Below, piece by piece: positions 1-10,317 of a stretch of DNA of 64,000 nt. The translations under genes and the position numbers were made by a program. The DNA is from Oceanispirochaeta sp. (GTDB taxonomy: Bacteria > Spirochaetota > Spirochaetia > DSM-2461), in the NCBI GenBank assembly GCA_963666275.2, contig CAXXOA010000001.1, forward strand, positions 2,272,001 to 2,336,000, in the 5' to 3' direction. The first letter of the stretch is position 1. Each line of letters begins with the position of its first letter. A model generated the notes under the pieces. That model was given only the letters and a program-made list of their open reading frames with translations. It was not told where the DNA came from and searched no databases.

Positions 1-7
1 TTTTCAT
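1..7 (-). CDS. 5' start of a gene running off the left edge (product unknown)
   Basis: Minus strand reads AAGGAG-catttaa-ATG AAA: a strong RBS and ATG at 7; the rest is outside the window. Confidence 0.5.
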
Positions 8-162
8 TTAAATGCTCCTTAAATCTATTTGGATCTTTATTATTTACTGATCCGAATAGTAAAAGAGAGAGTTGGAGAAAATTAAAGCCTTTGGTGTGTT
101 TTTAATGATGATTGTCGACAGATTTATGAACAGTTCTTCATATTTCACCACAGTCCGGAAAA

Positions 163-1377
163 CTACTGCCTGTAGGAGGCAAAGAATTTTTCCAGCCGCT
201 CCGCAACTATCGATAGAACTTCAAGGTCCGGAAGAAAAACCATTCTGAAATGATCCGGTTCCTTCCAGTTGAAACCGGTTCCCTGAACAAGGAGGGTTCT
301 CGTTTCGGTCAGAATATCATAAATGAGTTTTTCATCGTTCCTGATCCTGAACTTTTTAGTATCCACCCGGGGAAACATATAGAGGGCTCCTCTGGGTTTG
401 ACACAGCTGATGCCGGGAATATTCACAAGTTTTTCATAAAAATAGTCTCTCTGGCTCAGAAGGCGGCCGCCGGGTTTTACAAGGTCCTTGATACTCTGAT
501 ATCCCCCCAGAGCGGTCTGAATTCCCAGCTGAGCCGGAACATTGCTGCATAATCGCATATTCGACAGGATATCCAGACCTTCTATGTAATCCACAGCGTG
601 TTTTTTATCCCCGCTGAGAATCATCCATCCCGCCCGGAATCCCGCCGCCCTGTAGGATTTGGAGAGTCCGTTGAACGTTATTATGAGAAGATCATCAGCC
701 AGCGATGCCATGGGGGTATGAACAACATCGTCATAGGTGATTTTGTCATAGATCTCGTCGGCAAAGACTATAAGTCCGTTTTTCCGGGCCAGTTCAAGGA
801 TGCCTTCGAGTATGTCCCTGGGATAGACGCTTCCTGTGGGATTATTCGGATTGATTACAACGATGCCCTTGGTTTTCGGAGTAATCTTACTCTCTATATC
901 CTTCAGATCGGGATACCAGTCGGACTGTTCATCACAGAGGTAATGCACTGCATTTCCCCCCGCCAGAACGGAAGCGGCAGTCCATAAAGGATAATCCGGC
1001 ATGGGAATCAGAATCTCATCGCCGTTATCAAGAAGCCCCTGCATAGCCATGGTAATCAGCTCACTGACTCCGTTTCCAAGATAGATATCATCTATATCCA
1101 CTCCCTGGATCCCCAGTCTCTGACACTCATGCATCACAGCCTTTCTGGCCGAGAAGACTCCCTTGGAATCACTGTACCCCTGGGCTTCGGCCAGATTGCA
1201 GATAATATCATGGCGGATCTCATCGGGGGCATCAAAACCGAAAGCCGCGGGATTACCCGTATTGAGTTTCAGGATACGGTATCCCTCTTCTTCAAGCCTG
1301 ACGGCCTCTTTCAGAACAGGTCCTCTGATATCGTAACAGACATTATCCAGTTTGTGAGATTTGTTGATATTGCGCAT
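163..1377 (-). CDS. alaA: PLP-dependent alanine aminotransferase (AlaA/YfbQ, class I/II)
   Basis: N-term SHKLDNVCYDIRGP, LNTGNPA, INPNNPTG, DEIY and the PLP lysine motif NGLSKSYRAAGFRAGW. Confidence 0.92.
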   Translation of the reverse strand: MRNINKSHKLDNVCYDIRGPVLKEAVRLEEEGYRILKLNTGNPAAFGFDAPDEIRHDIICNLAEAQGYSDSKGVFSARKAVMHECQRLGIQGVDIDDIYLGNGVSELITMAMQGLLDNGDEILIPMPDYPLWTAASVLAGGNAVHYLCDEQSDWYPDLKDIESKITPKTKGIVVINPNNPTGSVYPRDILEGILELARKNGLIVFADEIYDKITYDDVVHTPMASLADDLLIITFNGLSKSYRAAGFRAGWMILSGDKKHAVDYIEGLDILSNMRLCSNVPAQLGIQTALGGYQSIKDLVKPGGRLLSQRDYFYEKLVNIPGISCVKPRGALYMFPRVDTKKFRIRNDEKLIYDILTETRTLLVQGTGFNWKEPDHFRMVFLPDLEVLSIVAERLEKFFASYRQ

Positions 1378-1387
1378 GTTTTACCCT

Positions 1388-2200
1388 TTACTGATTGCTG
1401 CTGTATAACCAGTTCAAGCTGTCTTCCAGAATACTGGAAAGGAGCATAACTGTCACATTAGAGTTTTTCGACTTGCTTATATCTTTTTCAAGACTTTTTT
1501 TCGAGGGAAAGCGGCTCAGAAAATCTTTCCTGTTCTCTGCCAGAAACTCCTCTGAACCGGAATGGCCGACAGTCGTGTTGTAAAGATACAGAGAAAGGAG
1601 CTGCAATACGGGATCTTTTTTCCGGGAGGCCAGTTCTTTCAAATGCGGTTCGGCTTCCTCCATCTCCTGTCCGGAAAGGAGCAGAAAGGTATAACACCAG
1701 TTGAGCCAGGGGTTTTCCTTTTTTCCCGAAAGGTTGAGACACTCCTGAAAAAACTTTTTCCCCTCTTCCAGGTTCTGGTTGAGCAGATAGGGAATTCCCA
1801 GAGAAACTCCGTAAACAGCCAGCCGGGAGTTCTTTTTTTCCCGGATCTCTTTTTCAAGACGTTTGATCTTATCCAGGTTGGATATGGTAAGAGATGTATT
1901 GATCATCATCTTGATATTTCTATGGGAGATTCTACCCTTTTCATAAATTTCCTGCTCCAGATAGGCAGTCAATCCGGGCCAGTCTTCTTTCTCAAGAAGA
2001 GAAAACATCTTCCAGTTGATAATGAAATACCCGTCCAGGACCGATATAAAAAGGAGGAAGATAACGGCAAGAAACCAGTTTTCACTCCAGAAGATCATGG
2101 TATATTCCCCTCCCAGAACAAAGAGGGGCATAAGAGCTATGAAAAGAAAGGAAAACAGTATTATTCCGTTAAACAGGAAAAAAATGGTTTTAAATTTCAT
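1388..2200 (-). CDS. Hypothetical membrane protein (two N-terminal TM helices, helical C-terminus)
   Basis: Hydrophobic segments FFLFNGIILFSFLFIALMPLF and WFLAVIFLLFISVL; probable start MKFKTIFF at 2200; ends 10 nt upstream of alaA. Confidence 0.75.
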   Translation of the reverse strand: MKFKTIFFLFNGIILFSFLFIALMPLFVLGGEYTMIFWSENWFLAVIFLLFISVLDGYFIINWKMFSLLEKEDWPGLTAYLEQEIYEKGRISHRNIKMMINTSLTISNLDKIKRLEKEIREKKNSRLAVYGVSLGIPYLLNQNLEEGKKFFQECLNLSGKKENPWLNWCYTFLLLSGQEMEEAEPHLKELASRKKDPVLQLLSLYLYNTTVGHSGSEEFLAENRKDFLSRFPSKKSLEKDISKSKNSNVTVMLLSSILEDSLNWLYSSNQ

Positions 2201-2276
2201 CGTAGTTGCTCCTATAATGGAAGTAGTGTAAATTATATCCATTACGGGGTCAACTCAGAGAAGAAGTAGGAGAGTA

Positions 2277-3458
2277 ATGAACAGGATTGAAACGAGAAGC
2301 CTGAAAGAGGGAATGTACTTTGAGTCTCCTGTCTTTTTAGGCGAAAACTATATACTGCTGACACCGGATACACCTGTTACTGTCACACTGATAAAGAACC
2401 TTCAGAACTGGGGCTTTTCGGAATTATTGACCGAAGGGTCTCCTGTAGGAAGAGAAACTCCTGCCAAATCGTCGGTTGCCATGGTAAAGGGCGCTACCCT
2501 CGATCAGGATATAAAAGACAAGGAAGGACTGGCACGGGCCCAGTCTTTTTACAATGATATGACCCAGTCGGTGGAGAAGATTCTCAACCGATTCAAAGAA
2601 GATACCGTCCTGAATCTGAGCATCATCACCGAAGAGGTGAAAAAAGCCATAACCATGATTCGGGAAGATGAAAAATATATCCTGAGATTTCAGGAGATAT
2701 CCCTGAATGAGAAACTCAACTACAACATCCTCCATTCTGTAAGATCCATGATCCTCTCTCTGGCCATCGGAGAAAGGATGAAGATGCCCAATCACAAACT
2801 GATTGAGCTGGGTATAGCCTCGATGCTGCACGAAGTGGGAATGCTTCAGATTCCCAGCAAAATCTACCAGAAGGAAGGAGCCCTTACAGAAGCGGAGAAA
2901 AAGGTCATTAATGCCCATACAGTCCTGGGCTACCGCTCGCTCCGGGAGTTTTCCCTTCCCAGGGATGTCCTCCTGGGAATACTGGAACACCACGAGAGAA
3001 CCGACGGATCCGGTTACCCCCAGGGTCTGGACAATATGAAGATCTCCCGTTTCGGCAAAATCATAGCCGTGGCCTGTTCCTATGATGCCCAGATTTCCAA
3101 CAGACCCTTCCGGTCCAGCCGGGATGCCCATACAAGTCTGACGGGAATGCTCAAAGAGATGCGTTCTCACTACGATGAAGAGGTTATGAAAGCCCTGCTG
3201 AGTCTCCTTTCCATCTATCCGATTGGAAGCTATGTGGTCCTTGAAAACAGTTACACAGGCGTGGTTGTGGAAACAGATCCGGATAACTTCCGTTATCCCA
3301 CGGTCAAACTGCTCCTGGATGCCAATGGACACAACCTGAAAGAACAGCCTGTTATTCAGACAAGAGATGAAAGCGGCTTCAGGGTTACCACCGTGTTGAG
3401 CAGCCATGATATCCAGCAGATTAAAAAGAAACTTCATGAGGATACCGGGCAAGCTTGA
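2277..3458 (+). CDS. HD-GYP domain protein (c-di-GMP phosphodiesterase family, variant motifs)
   Basis: HHERTDGSGYP, LHEVG, C-terminal IYPIGSYVVL; RBS AGGAG. Confidence 0.88.
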   Translation: MNRIETRSLKEGMYFESPVFLGENYILLTPDTPVTVTLIKNLQNWGFSELLTEGSPVGRETPAKSSVAMVKGATLDQDIKDKEGLARAQSFYNDMTQSVEKILNRFKEDTVLNLSIITEEVKKAITMIREDEKYILRFQEISLNEKLNYNILHSVRSMILSLAIGERMKMPNHKLIELGIASMLHEVGMLQIPSKIYQKEGALTEAEKKVINAHTVLGYRSLREFSLPRDVLLGILEHHERTDGSGYPQGLDNMKISRFGKIIAVACSYDAQISNRPFRSSRDAHTSLTGMLKEMRSHYDEEVMKALLSLLSIYPIGSYVVLENSYTGVVVETDPDNFRYPTVKLLLDANGHNLKEQPVIQTRDESGFRVTTVLSSHDIQQIKKKLHEDTGQA

Positions 3459-3530
3459 CAGGACTGCCCCGGCAGTATTATTTTTTCATCCCGTAATAAT
3501 CCTTATTCACTAGCTACAGAGAGATGTAAT

Positions 3531-4625
3531 TTGTCATTCACAAGTACTATGCACAACAGATTGAAAGAGTATATTCAGGCTGCAGGTCAGTCGGAAAAGC
3601 AGGCTTTATTCAACGAACTTGCCGCCGCCCTGCCCAGCCCCCTATTCATTACAGGCTGTGAAATAATCCCGGAGGATCACCCCCTCAAACAGGAAGCCTG
3701 GATCGTCTCAGACGCTTTTGAAGCCGTAACCAACGGCATGTTCTCCTTTGAACTCTCCCGGCAGCTGGATCTGATCGGGGAAGACTCTCTTCTGTATCCC
3801 TGGGCTCAGCTTACAAAAGCGGTAGAAGCATTTTACAACAGGAACAGCGAAGAGGCCTTCAGAATACTGGAGACTCTGCCGGAAGACTCCGCCCCCGGCA
3901 GGTTCAGGGAATTTTTTGCCGCCCTGATAGAGAGCGGGGATTTCTCCGAAGAATGGTTGAAACTTAAAAATGCCGTCCTTGACGATGCTATAGATCTGAA
4001 GAGCGGGCTGGAACAGCTTTCCGAAGCCGCCCAGGCGGGGATGGAGGATCTTATGCTCGAAACAGCGGGCATGATTATCCGGGATATCCGTAAAGACCAT
4101 CCGGACAAAGCGGCGGAGATACTCATCTGGACTTTTGAACAGCTGCAGGAATCGGATGTGCTTTCAGACAAAGCCGCAGAGATGGCGCAGCTGCTTTTCG
4201 GAGAAACCGAAGGACTGCGGCTGACAGCCCTGTCCACACTCTCCTTTGATCAGGACAGGAGCCTGATCTACTGGCTGCTGGCACTGCATTCCTATCTGCA
4301 GAGCCGGGAAACAAGAGAATTCGAGGTGAAAGCCTATCTGAGGATCATATGCGATGTGGCAGAGACTGTAACCCTTGAGTTTGAACTGACAGAAGAATAC
4401 CTGTCCCTTCTCATCACCCATACGGAATCTCTTGTTGAGCGTCTGAACCATATCTATCCGGATATAACATCCCGGGTAAGTCTGAATCACCAGAATACAA
4501 CGGCGGGCATACTGTCACTCCTACAGGGTCTGGCAGGAGAAGAACAGGTTCATCACGGAAGAGCCCATAAAAAGACAATCCAGAATACTCCGGCCCCTGT
4601 ACAGCTGGAATTATTTGCATTTTAA
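3531..4625 (+). CDS. Hypothetical helical protein ending in a QLELF motif
   Basis: 364-aa ORF fitting the gene run; start may be TTG 3531 or ATG 3549; no family recognised. Confidence 0.7.
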   Translation: MSFTSTMHNRLKEYIQAAGQSEKQALFNELAAALPSPLFITGCEIIPEDHPLKQEAWIVSDAFEAVTNGMFSFELSRQLDLIGEDSLLYPWAQLTKAVEAFYNRNSEEAFRILETLPEDSAPGRFREFFAALIESGDFSEEWLKLKNAVLDDAIDLKSGLEQLSEAAQAGMEDLMLETAGMIIRDIRKDHPDKAAEILIWTFEQLQESDVLSDKAAEMAQLLFGETEGLRLTALSTLSFDQDRSLIYWLLALHSYLQSRETREFEVKAYLRIICDVAETVTLEFELTEEYLSLLITHTESLVERLNHIYPDITSRVSLNHQNTTAGILSLLQGLAGEEQVHHGRAHKKTIQNTPAPVQLELFAF

Positions 4626-4636
4626 GGGATTTTACT

Positions 4637-4954
4637 ATGAATACGCTTGATATGATCAATCTTACAATCAACCCCTGGCAGCTTCTGGGAGTCTCTCCTG
4701 AAGCCGATGACAGGGAGATAGAGGAAGCCTGGGAGAACCTTTCCAACGGCCATAGAAAAAATGATATGATCCGGCAGGCCTATCAGCTGATAGCCACCGA
4801 ACAGAGCCGGGCCCAGTTCCGTCTTTTATCTCCCCATCAGGCGGGAGATCCCGAAGAGATGATGGAGGATATCCCTCCCAGGCCTGTCTACTCCGGTCCC
4901 GGGATCTGGTATAAAACTCTTTCGAACAAACTGAAAACTCTGACTGAAGAGTAA
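4637..4954 (+). CDS. Small J-domain-like protein lacking HPD
   Basis: NPWQLLGVSPEADDREIEEAW and IRQAYQLI resemble J-domain helices I/II and III/IV. Confidence 0.65.
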   Translation: MNTLDMINLTINPWQLLGVSPEADDREIEEAWENLSNGHRKNDMIRQAYQLIATEQSRAQFRLLSPHQAGDPEEMMEDIPPRPVYSGPGIWYKTLSNKLKTLTEE

Positions 4955-5032
4955 GGCTATATTTCGGGTAGTTCTATAGACTCACCCATGTTAAACTGAT
5001 CTGGATATAAAACAGCACAGGAGCAGCTCCCA

Positions 5033-6562
5033 TTGATAGGCAGAGAGACGTTAACACCAGAAGATGTCAAGGAGATGGAGAGAGCAGGAATCGACATATC
5101 CCTGTCCCTTTCGATTCTCAGAGATTACAATGCCGGTATTATCGGACAGACTCCCCCGGTTATACCCAAAGGGATTCCCGAACCCGACGGGGAAAGGATA
5201 CTGGATTTACGAAATCCCGAATCCGTCTATTTCACAGGGGAACAGATAAACCGTTTTTTAAAGCAGTTCCCCGAGTTCAACGATCTCAGCGAACTGACAG
5301 AACAGAAAGGCGGCCGGAATCTTTCCGTATCCCTTCTGGAGAAGATCGGAACCCGGCTTTTTTCCCGGCTGTCCTATGGTTTCCTCAACGGCGGTTCCGC
5401 CACATCCTACGGGGATATTAAAAAAAACAGAGCGTTCAATCCGGAGCTCTTTGATCTTTACGAAAAGACCTTCCTGGGCCTGAGCCAGAGAGCCAATGGA
5501 CGTCCCAAGGGTGTCACTCCGGCGTTTATTCAGCCCGACGGCACAGAGGGCCCCTCCTATATGGAGATGAAGCTCCGGTCACTCCTGATATGCTCCCGCA
5601 GGGGAAACTGCAGGATCCCCTTTTTTCAGATGACCAGCGTCGCCAATAACGGGGAGGTCACCGAAGCCCTGAAGGCCTTCGGAGAAAGCCCCTGGCTCAA
5701 AGATCTGGCCTCGGAAAGGGACTTCAGGGTCTGGGAGGGACTGACCGGCGTACAGCCCATGATAACGGCCTATACCCATAGCAGCATTGGAAGAGAAAAA
5801 GGTATTTTCAGAACTCCCGATCAGGAAAATGGCCGCATCCTCCCCCTCCCGGGGGGTCACGGACAGTGTTTCCGGGTGCTGAAAGACACTTTCAAGACTC
5901 TCCATGACAGGGGAATCCGCTTTGTCAGCCTGGGAAATATAGACAATCTGGGCTACACGCCGGATGCTCTCTCCCTGGCTGTTCTGGCTATAAAAGGAAA
6001 CCCTGCGGGCTTTGATTTTTCATTCAGGACAGCCGTGGACGTCAAAGGGGGAGTCCTTGTCATTGATCAGGATGATCGCCTGAACTGTGTCGACCTGGGC
6101 GTGGGAATCCCCTCACAGGAGATCGAGGAACGGGAAAAGAAAGGGGCAAAAATCCTTTTCAACTGTGCCACCGGCCTTTTCGACCTGACCTGGCTGCTGG
6201 AAAATATAGACAGAATAATGGCGGAGCTGCCGACCCGGTTCAGTGATCAGTCAAAAGATGCGGGAAATTATTCCCAGGCCGAACAGGTTACCTGGGAGGT
6301 TATCGGAATGATCGAAAACCCGCTGATATTCGGTATAGACAAATTTAAACGCTTTCTTGCCGCAAAAATGCTTGTGGAGAATATGCTCACATCAGGCATC
6401 GGGCTGGATTCTCCGGATTTTCCCGGAGGGAAAGAGAGCGACCTGGCTGTGACGGCAGCCCGTCTTCATAAGGGCCTGGAGAATCTTTTAACAACCAGAT
6501 ATGATCTGGTACTTGAAAATAATACATGGCAGCCCCGGGAAGCCTCCGGAAAAAAAGAATAA
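5033..6562 (+). CDS. UTP--glucose-1-phosphate uridylyltransferase-like protein (eukaryote-type UDPGP family)
   Basis: [41 protein letters not shown] before TTG. Confidence 0.82.
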   Translation: MIGRETLTPEDVKEMERAGIDISLSLSILRDYNAGIIGQTPPVIPKGIPEPDGERILDLRNPESVYFTGEQINRFLKQFPEFNDLSELTEQKGGRNLSVSLLEKIGTRLFSRLSYGFLNGGSATSYGDIKKNRAFNPELFDLYEKTFLGLSQRANGRPKGVTPAFIQPDGTEGPSYMEMKLRSLLICSRRGNCRIPFFQMTSVANNGEVTEALKAFGESPWLKDLASERDFRVWEGLTGVQPMITAYTHSSIGREKGIFRTPDQENGRILPLPGGHGQCFRVLKDTFKTLHDRGIRFVSLGNIDNLGYTPDALSLAVLAIKGNPAGFDFSFRTAVDVKGGVLVIDQDDRLNCVDLGVGIPSQEIEEREKKGAKILFNCATGLFDLTWLLENIDRIMAELPTRFSDQSKDAGNYSQAEQVTWEVIGMIENPLIFGIDKFKRFLAAKMLVENMLTSGIGLDSPDFPGGKESDLAVTAARLHKGLENLLTTRYDLVLENNTWQPREASGKKE

Positions 6563-6573
6563 GGACGAAACAG

Positions 6574-6957
6574 ATGCAGAATTGCCCATTGGATTTTAAC
6601 AAGGCCGGAGGTCTCATCCCCGTGATCGTACAGGACTTTGCCACAGGAGAGATCCTGATGCAGGCATACATCAACGAAGAAGCCTGGAACGAGTCTGTTG
6701 CCACAGGAAGAGGAGTCTATTTTTCCCGCAGCCGGCAGAAACTCTGGCGAAAGGGTGAATCATCGGGGAATTATCAGATTCTGAAAGAGATCCGTGTGGA
6801 CTGCGACAACGATTCGGTCATCTATAAAGTGGATCAGATAGGAGGCGCTGCCTGTCACACCGGACACAGAAGCTGTTACTACCGGGTATGGCAGGACGGA
6901 GAACTTGTGACCCAGGGAGAACCTCTTTTCAACCCCGATGAAGTTTACAAGAAATAG
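6574..6957 (+). CDS. hisI: Phosphoribosyl-AMP cyclohydrolase
   Basis: [33 protein letters not shown]; start taken as ATG 6574 after AAGGA. Confidence 0.95.
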   Translation: MQNCPLDFNKAGGLIPVIVQDFATGEILMQAYINEEAWNESVATGRGVYFSRSRQKLWRKGESSGNYQILKEIRVDCDNDSVIYKVDQIGGAACHTGHRSCYYRVWQDGELVTQGEPLFNPDEVYKK

Positions 6958-6962
6958 CGGCT

Positions 6963-7457
6963 ATGGACAGGGAATACGAAAAGCTTCTTGAACAGGCAAA
7001 AAACAGGTATAAAGAGAATAAAAGGTATTTCCAGAAGCTGAAGAAAATGAAAAGCGGTCAGGTGGATACACTGATGCAGGACCTTCATGAGCAGGTCTTT
7101 CAGGAACTGGACTGCCTGAAGTGCGCCAACTGCTGCCATGGGACGGGCCCCCTTCTCAGAGAGCGGGATATAACCCGCCTTTCCCGGGCCCTGAAAATCA
7201 AACCGGGAGACTTTGTTCAGTCCTATCTGAAGGTGGATGAGGAAGAGGATTTTGTCTTCAATGCTCTCCCCTGCCCCTTCCTCTGTCCCGACAACTACTG
7301 CAGCGTCTATGAGAACCGTCCCGGAGCCTGCTGGGATTTTCCCCACACAGACAATATGTCCTTTAAAAAATACACAGTCCAGATGCTTCAGAACACTCTG
7401 ATCTGTCCGGCTGTTTCTCTTATTTTTGAAAAGATGAAAGAAGAGATTCCCTGCTGA
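6963..7457 (+). CDS. YkgJ-family cysteine-cluster protein
   Basis: CLKCANCC...PCPFL...CSVYENRPGAC..FP. Confidence 0.9.
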   Translation: MDREYEKLLEQAKNRYKENKRYFQKLKKMKSGQVDTLMQDLHEQVFQELDCLKCANCCHGTGPLLRERDITRLSRALKIKPGDFVQSYLKVDEEEDFVFNALPCPFLCPDNYCSVYENRPGACWDFPHTDNMSFKKYTVQMLQNTLICPAVSLIFEKMKEEIPC

Positions 7458-7509
7458 TCCTGTCCACTGTAATAAGAAAAGCAGGATCAGCAGGAAAGCT
7501 TGGAAGAGG

Positions 7510-8979
7510 TCAGGACCCGATGTAGGGGGTAATTTTGTCGAACTCACCGAAGGGACTGATTTCTTCACCACCCGAATGGTATACCCTGACTTCAAAATGG
7601 AGATGGGGCCCTGTAGAGCGGCCCGAGTTCCCGATCTGTCCCAGCACATCCCCTGTCCGAACAGACTCACCGGGTTCGTTGGTTGCAGGATCCTTCATGT
7701 GGGCGTAGAAGGTTGTCCAGAAACGGGCATCCGGATACTGGGCAAGGACCTCATCATTGACCTCGTGCCTGACTTCCACATGCCATCCGTAGACATAGTC
7801 GAATCCAGTATCCAGGACGGCTCCATCGTAGGATGACAGGATCCTTCCTGGTTTGGTCTCATCCCGGACAATATCATTGGACCGGGAAATTCTGACAATA
7901 TTATCCAGATTGATAATATCCACAGCATGATGGGGTTTGACCCCGCCATACCCCAGCGGCGAGAGACGCCTCTCGATGTATCCGCTTGAAATCATAAAGT
8001 TCGTGGTATTATCGACCCCGGTACCGGCATCCACCGGAAGCTTCATTCCTGAAAAGACAGGCTCGAAATTCCCCATGGAGAGGTAATTGGCCTTGTCTGT
8101 TGCCATCAGGGTTTCCGCCTGGGCATTATTCTCGGGAAGCCGGGACATCTGAAACACCATCTCTCCGTAGGTTTCCGACTGATCCACTTTATCTGCCAGA
8201 AAGAGGTAGGCATTTTTTCGTGAACTGCTTGACCGGGGAAACTGGGAGGCCAGCCATCTGAGATTCATGGCTGTCTGCTTTCTGTTGAAAAGAAAGGCTT
8301 CTCTCTCATGAAACACTTCACTTTTAAGACCGTCCAGCTCCGTGCTGACACGGGTCAGTTCAAAAGTGAGATCCTCAATGGATTTTGTACTGCTCTGCGC
8401 TGAACTCTGTATGGAACTGTTCAGGGTGTAAACTGTTTTGAGCATTCTCCCGTACTGCATGGAACTGATAAAAACCGTAAGAAAGAGTCCCGCCATGATC
8501 AGACCGGCTGCCGCCAGAGTGAAAACACGGGAAGATTTCCTGTGCAGAATCGTATTGACGGCTCCCAGTGCCTGAGTCTGAACAGGCACGGGAATTTCAT
8601 ATCTCCCCGGTGAGTTGTGCAGTATGCCGCCCAGACGGTCCAGAAGATCCATCAGTTCAAGATCGATAATATCATCAGTGACAGCCAGGCTGTTTTTATC
8701 TGCTTTCAGAAGCTTCCAGTGCTCCTGTTCTTCCGTAAAGAACCAGTGTCTGTGGGTATAGTGGTCCCTGTCTACCGGAATAATCTGCTCATCGATCAGA
8801 ATTTTCCTGTCGGGAAGCAGAGATAGAGAGAGTGCATAGGTGCAGGTTTCACCATTGAGCAGTTTTTCATCTTTTTTCCGGATATGGAAATTCTCTTTTT
8901 CCTCCAGAATATGAAAAACTGTACGGCAGATCCGTTCTGCTACGGAAGCTGTATTATTTGAATTTTCCGCTGTACTCAT
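7510..8979 (-). CDS. Membrane-anchored M23-family metallopeptidase
   Basis: HHAVD, YAHM, GNSGRSTGPHLHFEVR; one TM helix followed by a coiled coil. Confidence 0.85.
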   Translation of the reverse strand: MSTAENSNNTASVAERICRTVFHILEEKENFHIRKKDEKLLNGETCTYALSLSLLPDRKILIDEQIIPVDRDHYTHRHWFFTEEQEHWKLLKADKNSLAVTDDIIDLELMDLLDRLGGILHNSPGRYEIPVPVQTQALGAVNTILHRKSSRVFTLAAAGLIMAGLFLTVFISSMQYGRMLKTVYTLNSSIQSSAQSSTKSIEDLTFELTRVSTELDGLKSEVFHEREAFLFNRKQTAMNLRWLASQFPRSSSSRKNAYLFLADKVDQSETYGEMVFQMSRLPENNAQAETLMATDKANYLSMGNFEPVFSGMKLPVDAGTGVDNTTNFMISSGYIERRLSPLGYGGVKPHHAVDIINLDNIVRISRSNDIVRDETKPGRILSSYDGAVLDTGFDYVYGWHVEVRHEVNDEVLAQYPDARFWTTFYAHMKDPATNEPGESVRTGDVLGQIGNSGRSTGPHLHFEVRVYHSGGEEISPFGEFDKITPYIGS

Positions 8980-9095
8980 AAACTCCTATTCCTCAATTAT
9001 TGCGGAAAAAAGAATAGAATTTTTTATTCGTCGGCTTCAAGGTGAGAGAGGGGTAAATTCATATATTTCCTGATAAAAAAAAGAATAAAACAAAA

Positions 9096-9140
9096 TTCCC
9101 ATGATTGAACCTTACAATATTTAAGGAAAAACCATGGGAA
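9096..9140 (-). terminator. Imperfect hairpin after the DAHP synthase gene, probable terminator
   Basis: TTCCCATG...CCTTA-CAATATT-TAAGG...CATGGGAA, followed by a T-rich tract on the minus strand. Confidence 0.5.
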
Positions 9141-9153
9141 CTTCACATGAATT

Positions 9154-10194
9154 TCAAAGAGAATTATAAGCTGTTTCCAGCAGACTCTCCGTGGTCTCCA
9201 TGGAAATACAGGCATCTGTAATGGATACGCCGTATGTCATATCCTTCAGAGAACCTGATATTTTCTGACTTCCCTCGTGAAGATTGCTTTCAAGCATAAA
9301 ACCCACAATGGAGTCTCTTCCCCGGCGTCTCTGATCAAGGATGGCATTGAGAACCCGTTCCTGCCTGTAGTATTTCTTACCCGAATTGGCATGACTGCAG
9401 TCAATCAGAACCACAGGATTGAGCCCCTCTTTTATAAGAGCCTCTTCGGCATCTTCGATCTTTTCCTCGTAATAATTGGGGCCGTGCTTCCCTCCGCGGA
9501 GGATGGGATGACCCGTTTTATTTCCTTTTGTATTGAGAACACAGGTCTGCCCTTTTTTATCAATACCAATGAAACTGTGGGGATGCATGGCCGATTTCAT
9601 TCCGTTGATTGCCACGTCCAGACTACCATCGGTTCCGTTCTTGAACCCCACAGGCATGGACAGGCCGCTGGTGAGCTCCCTGTGGGTTTGGGATTCGGTG
9701 GTACGGGCTCCGATCGCGGCCCAGGAAATCAGATCTGAAATGTACTGGGGGACGATGGGATCCAGAATTTCAGATCCTGCCGGGAGCCCCAGAGAGTTGA
9801 TATCCAGAAGGAGTTTTCTGGCTTTGCGCAGCCCCTCTTCCAGTTTATAGCTCCCGTTCAGATCGGGATCAAGGATGAGACCTCTCCATCCCAGAGCTGT
9901 TCTGGGTTTTTCAAAATAGACACGCATTATAATATTGAGCTTATCGCTGTATTTATCTCTGAGATCCTTCAGCCGCCCGGCATAGTCCATGGCCGCCGCC
10001 GGATCATGAATGGAACAGGGACCGACAATCGCCAGCATTCTCTTATCCCTTTTTTCCAGAATATCAGTGATCTCATTTCTATAATTGACGATGGATTTTT
10101 TCAGATCATCACTGACAGGTAACTCTTTTTTCAGTGTATCCGGTGCCGCAAGGGGTTGGATAGATGATATGTTAACATCATTCAATTTTTCCAT
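9154..10194 (-). CDS. 3-deoxy-7-phosphoheptulonate (DAHP) synthase, class I-alpha (AroF/G/H type)
   Basis: GPCSIHD, RVYFEKPRT, IGARTTESQTHR, GFKNGTDG, DCSHANS; start ATG 10194 with RBS GAGGAG. Confidence 0.95.
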   Translation of the reverse strand: MEKLNDVNISSIQPLAAPDTLKKELPVSDDLKKSIVNYRNEITDILEKRDKRMLAIVGPCSIHDPAAAMDYAGRLKDLRDKYSDKLNIIMRVYFEKPRTALGWRGLILDPDLNGSYKLEEGLRKARKLLLDINSLGLPAGSEILDPIVPQYISDLISWAAIGARTTESQTHRELTSGLSMPVGFKNGTDGSLDVAINGMKSAMHPHSFIGIDKKGQTCVLNTKGNKTGHPILRGGKHGPNYYEEKIEDAEEALIKEGLNPVVLIDCSHANSGKKYYRQERVLNAILDQRRRGRDSIVGFMLESNLHEGSQKISGSLKDMTYGVSITDACISMETTESLLETAYNSL

Positions 10195-10317
10195 TATAAA
10201 TAGAACTCCTCTCCAGCCCTTGATAAAAATCAGTGGAGGCTGTAGAAAATAACATGGTATAAATTTATAAAAATAGCAATAGTGTCCGACTGCGCAGTCG
10301 GTGTTCCGGAGCAAGTT

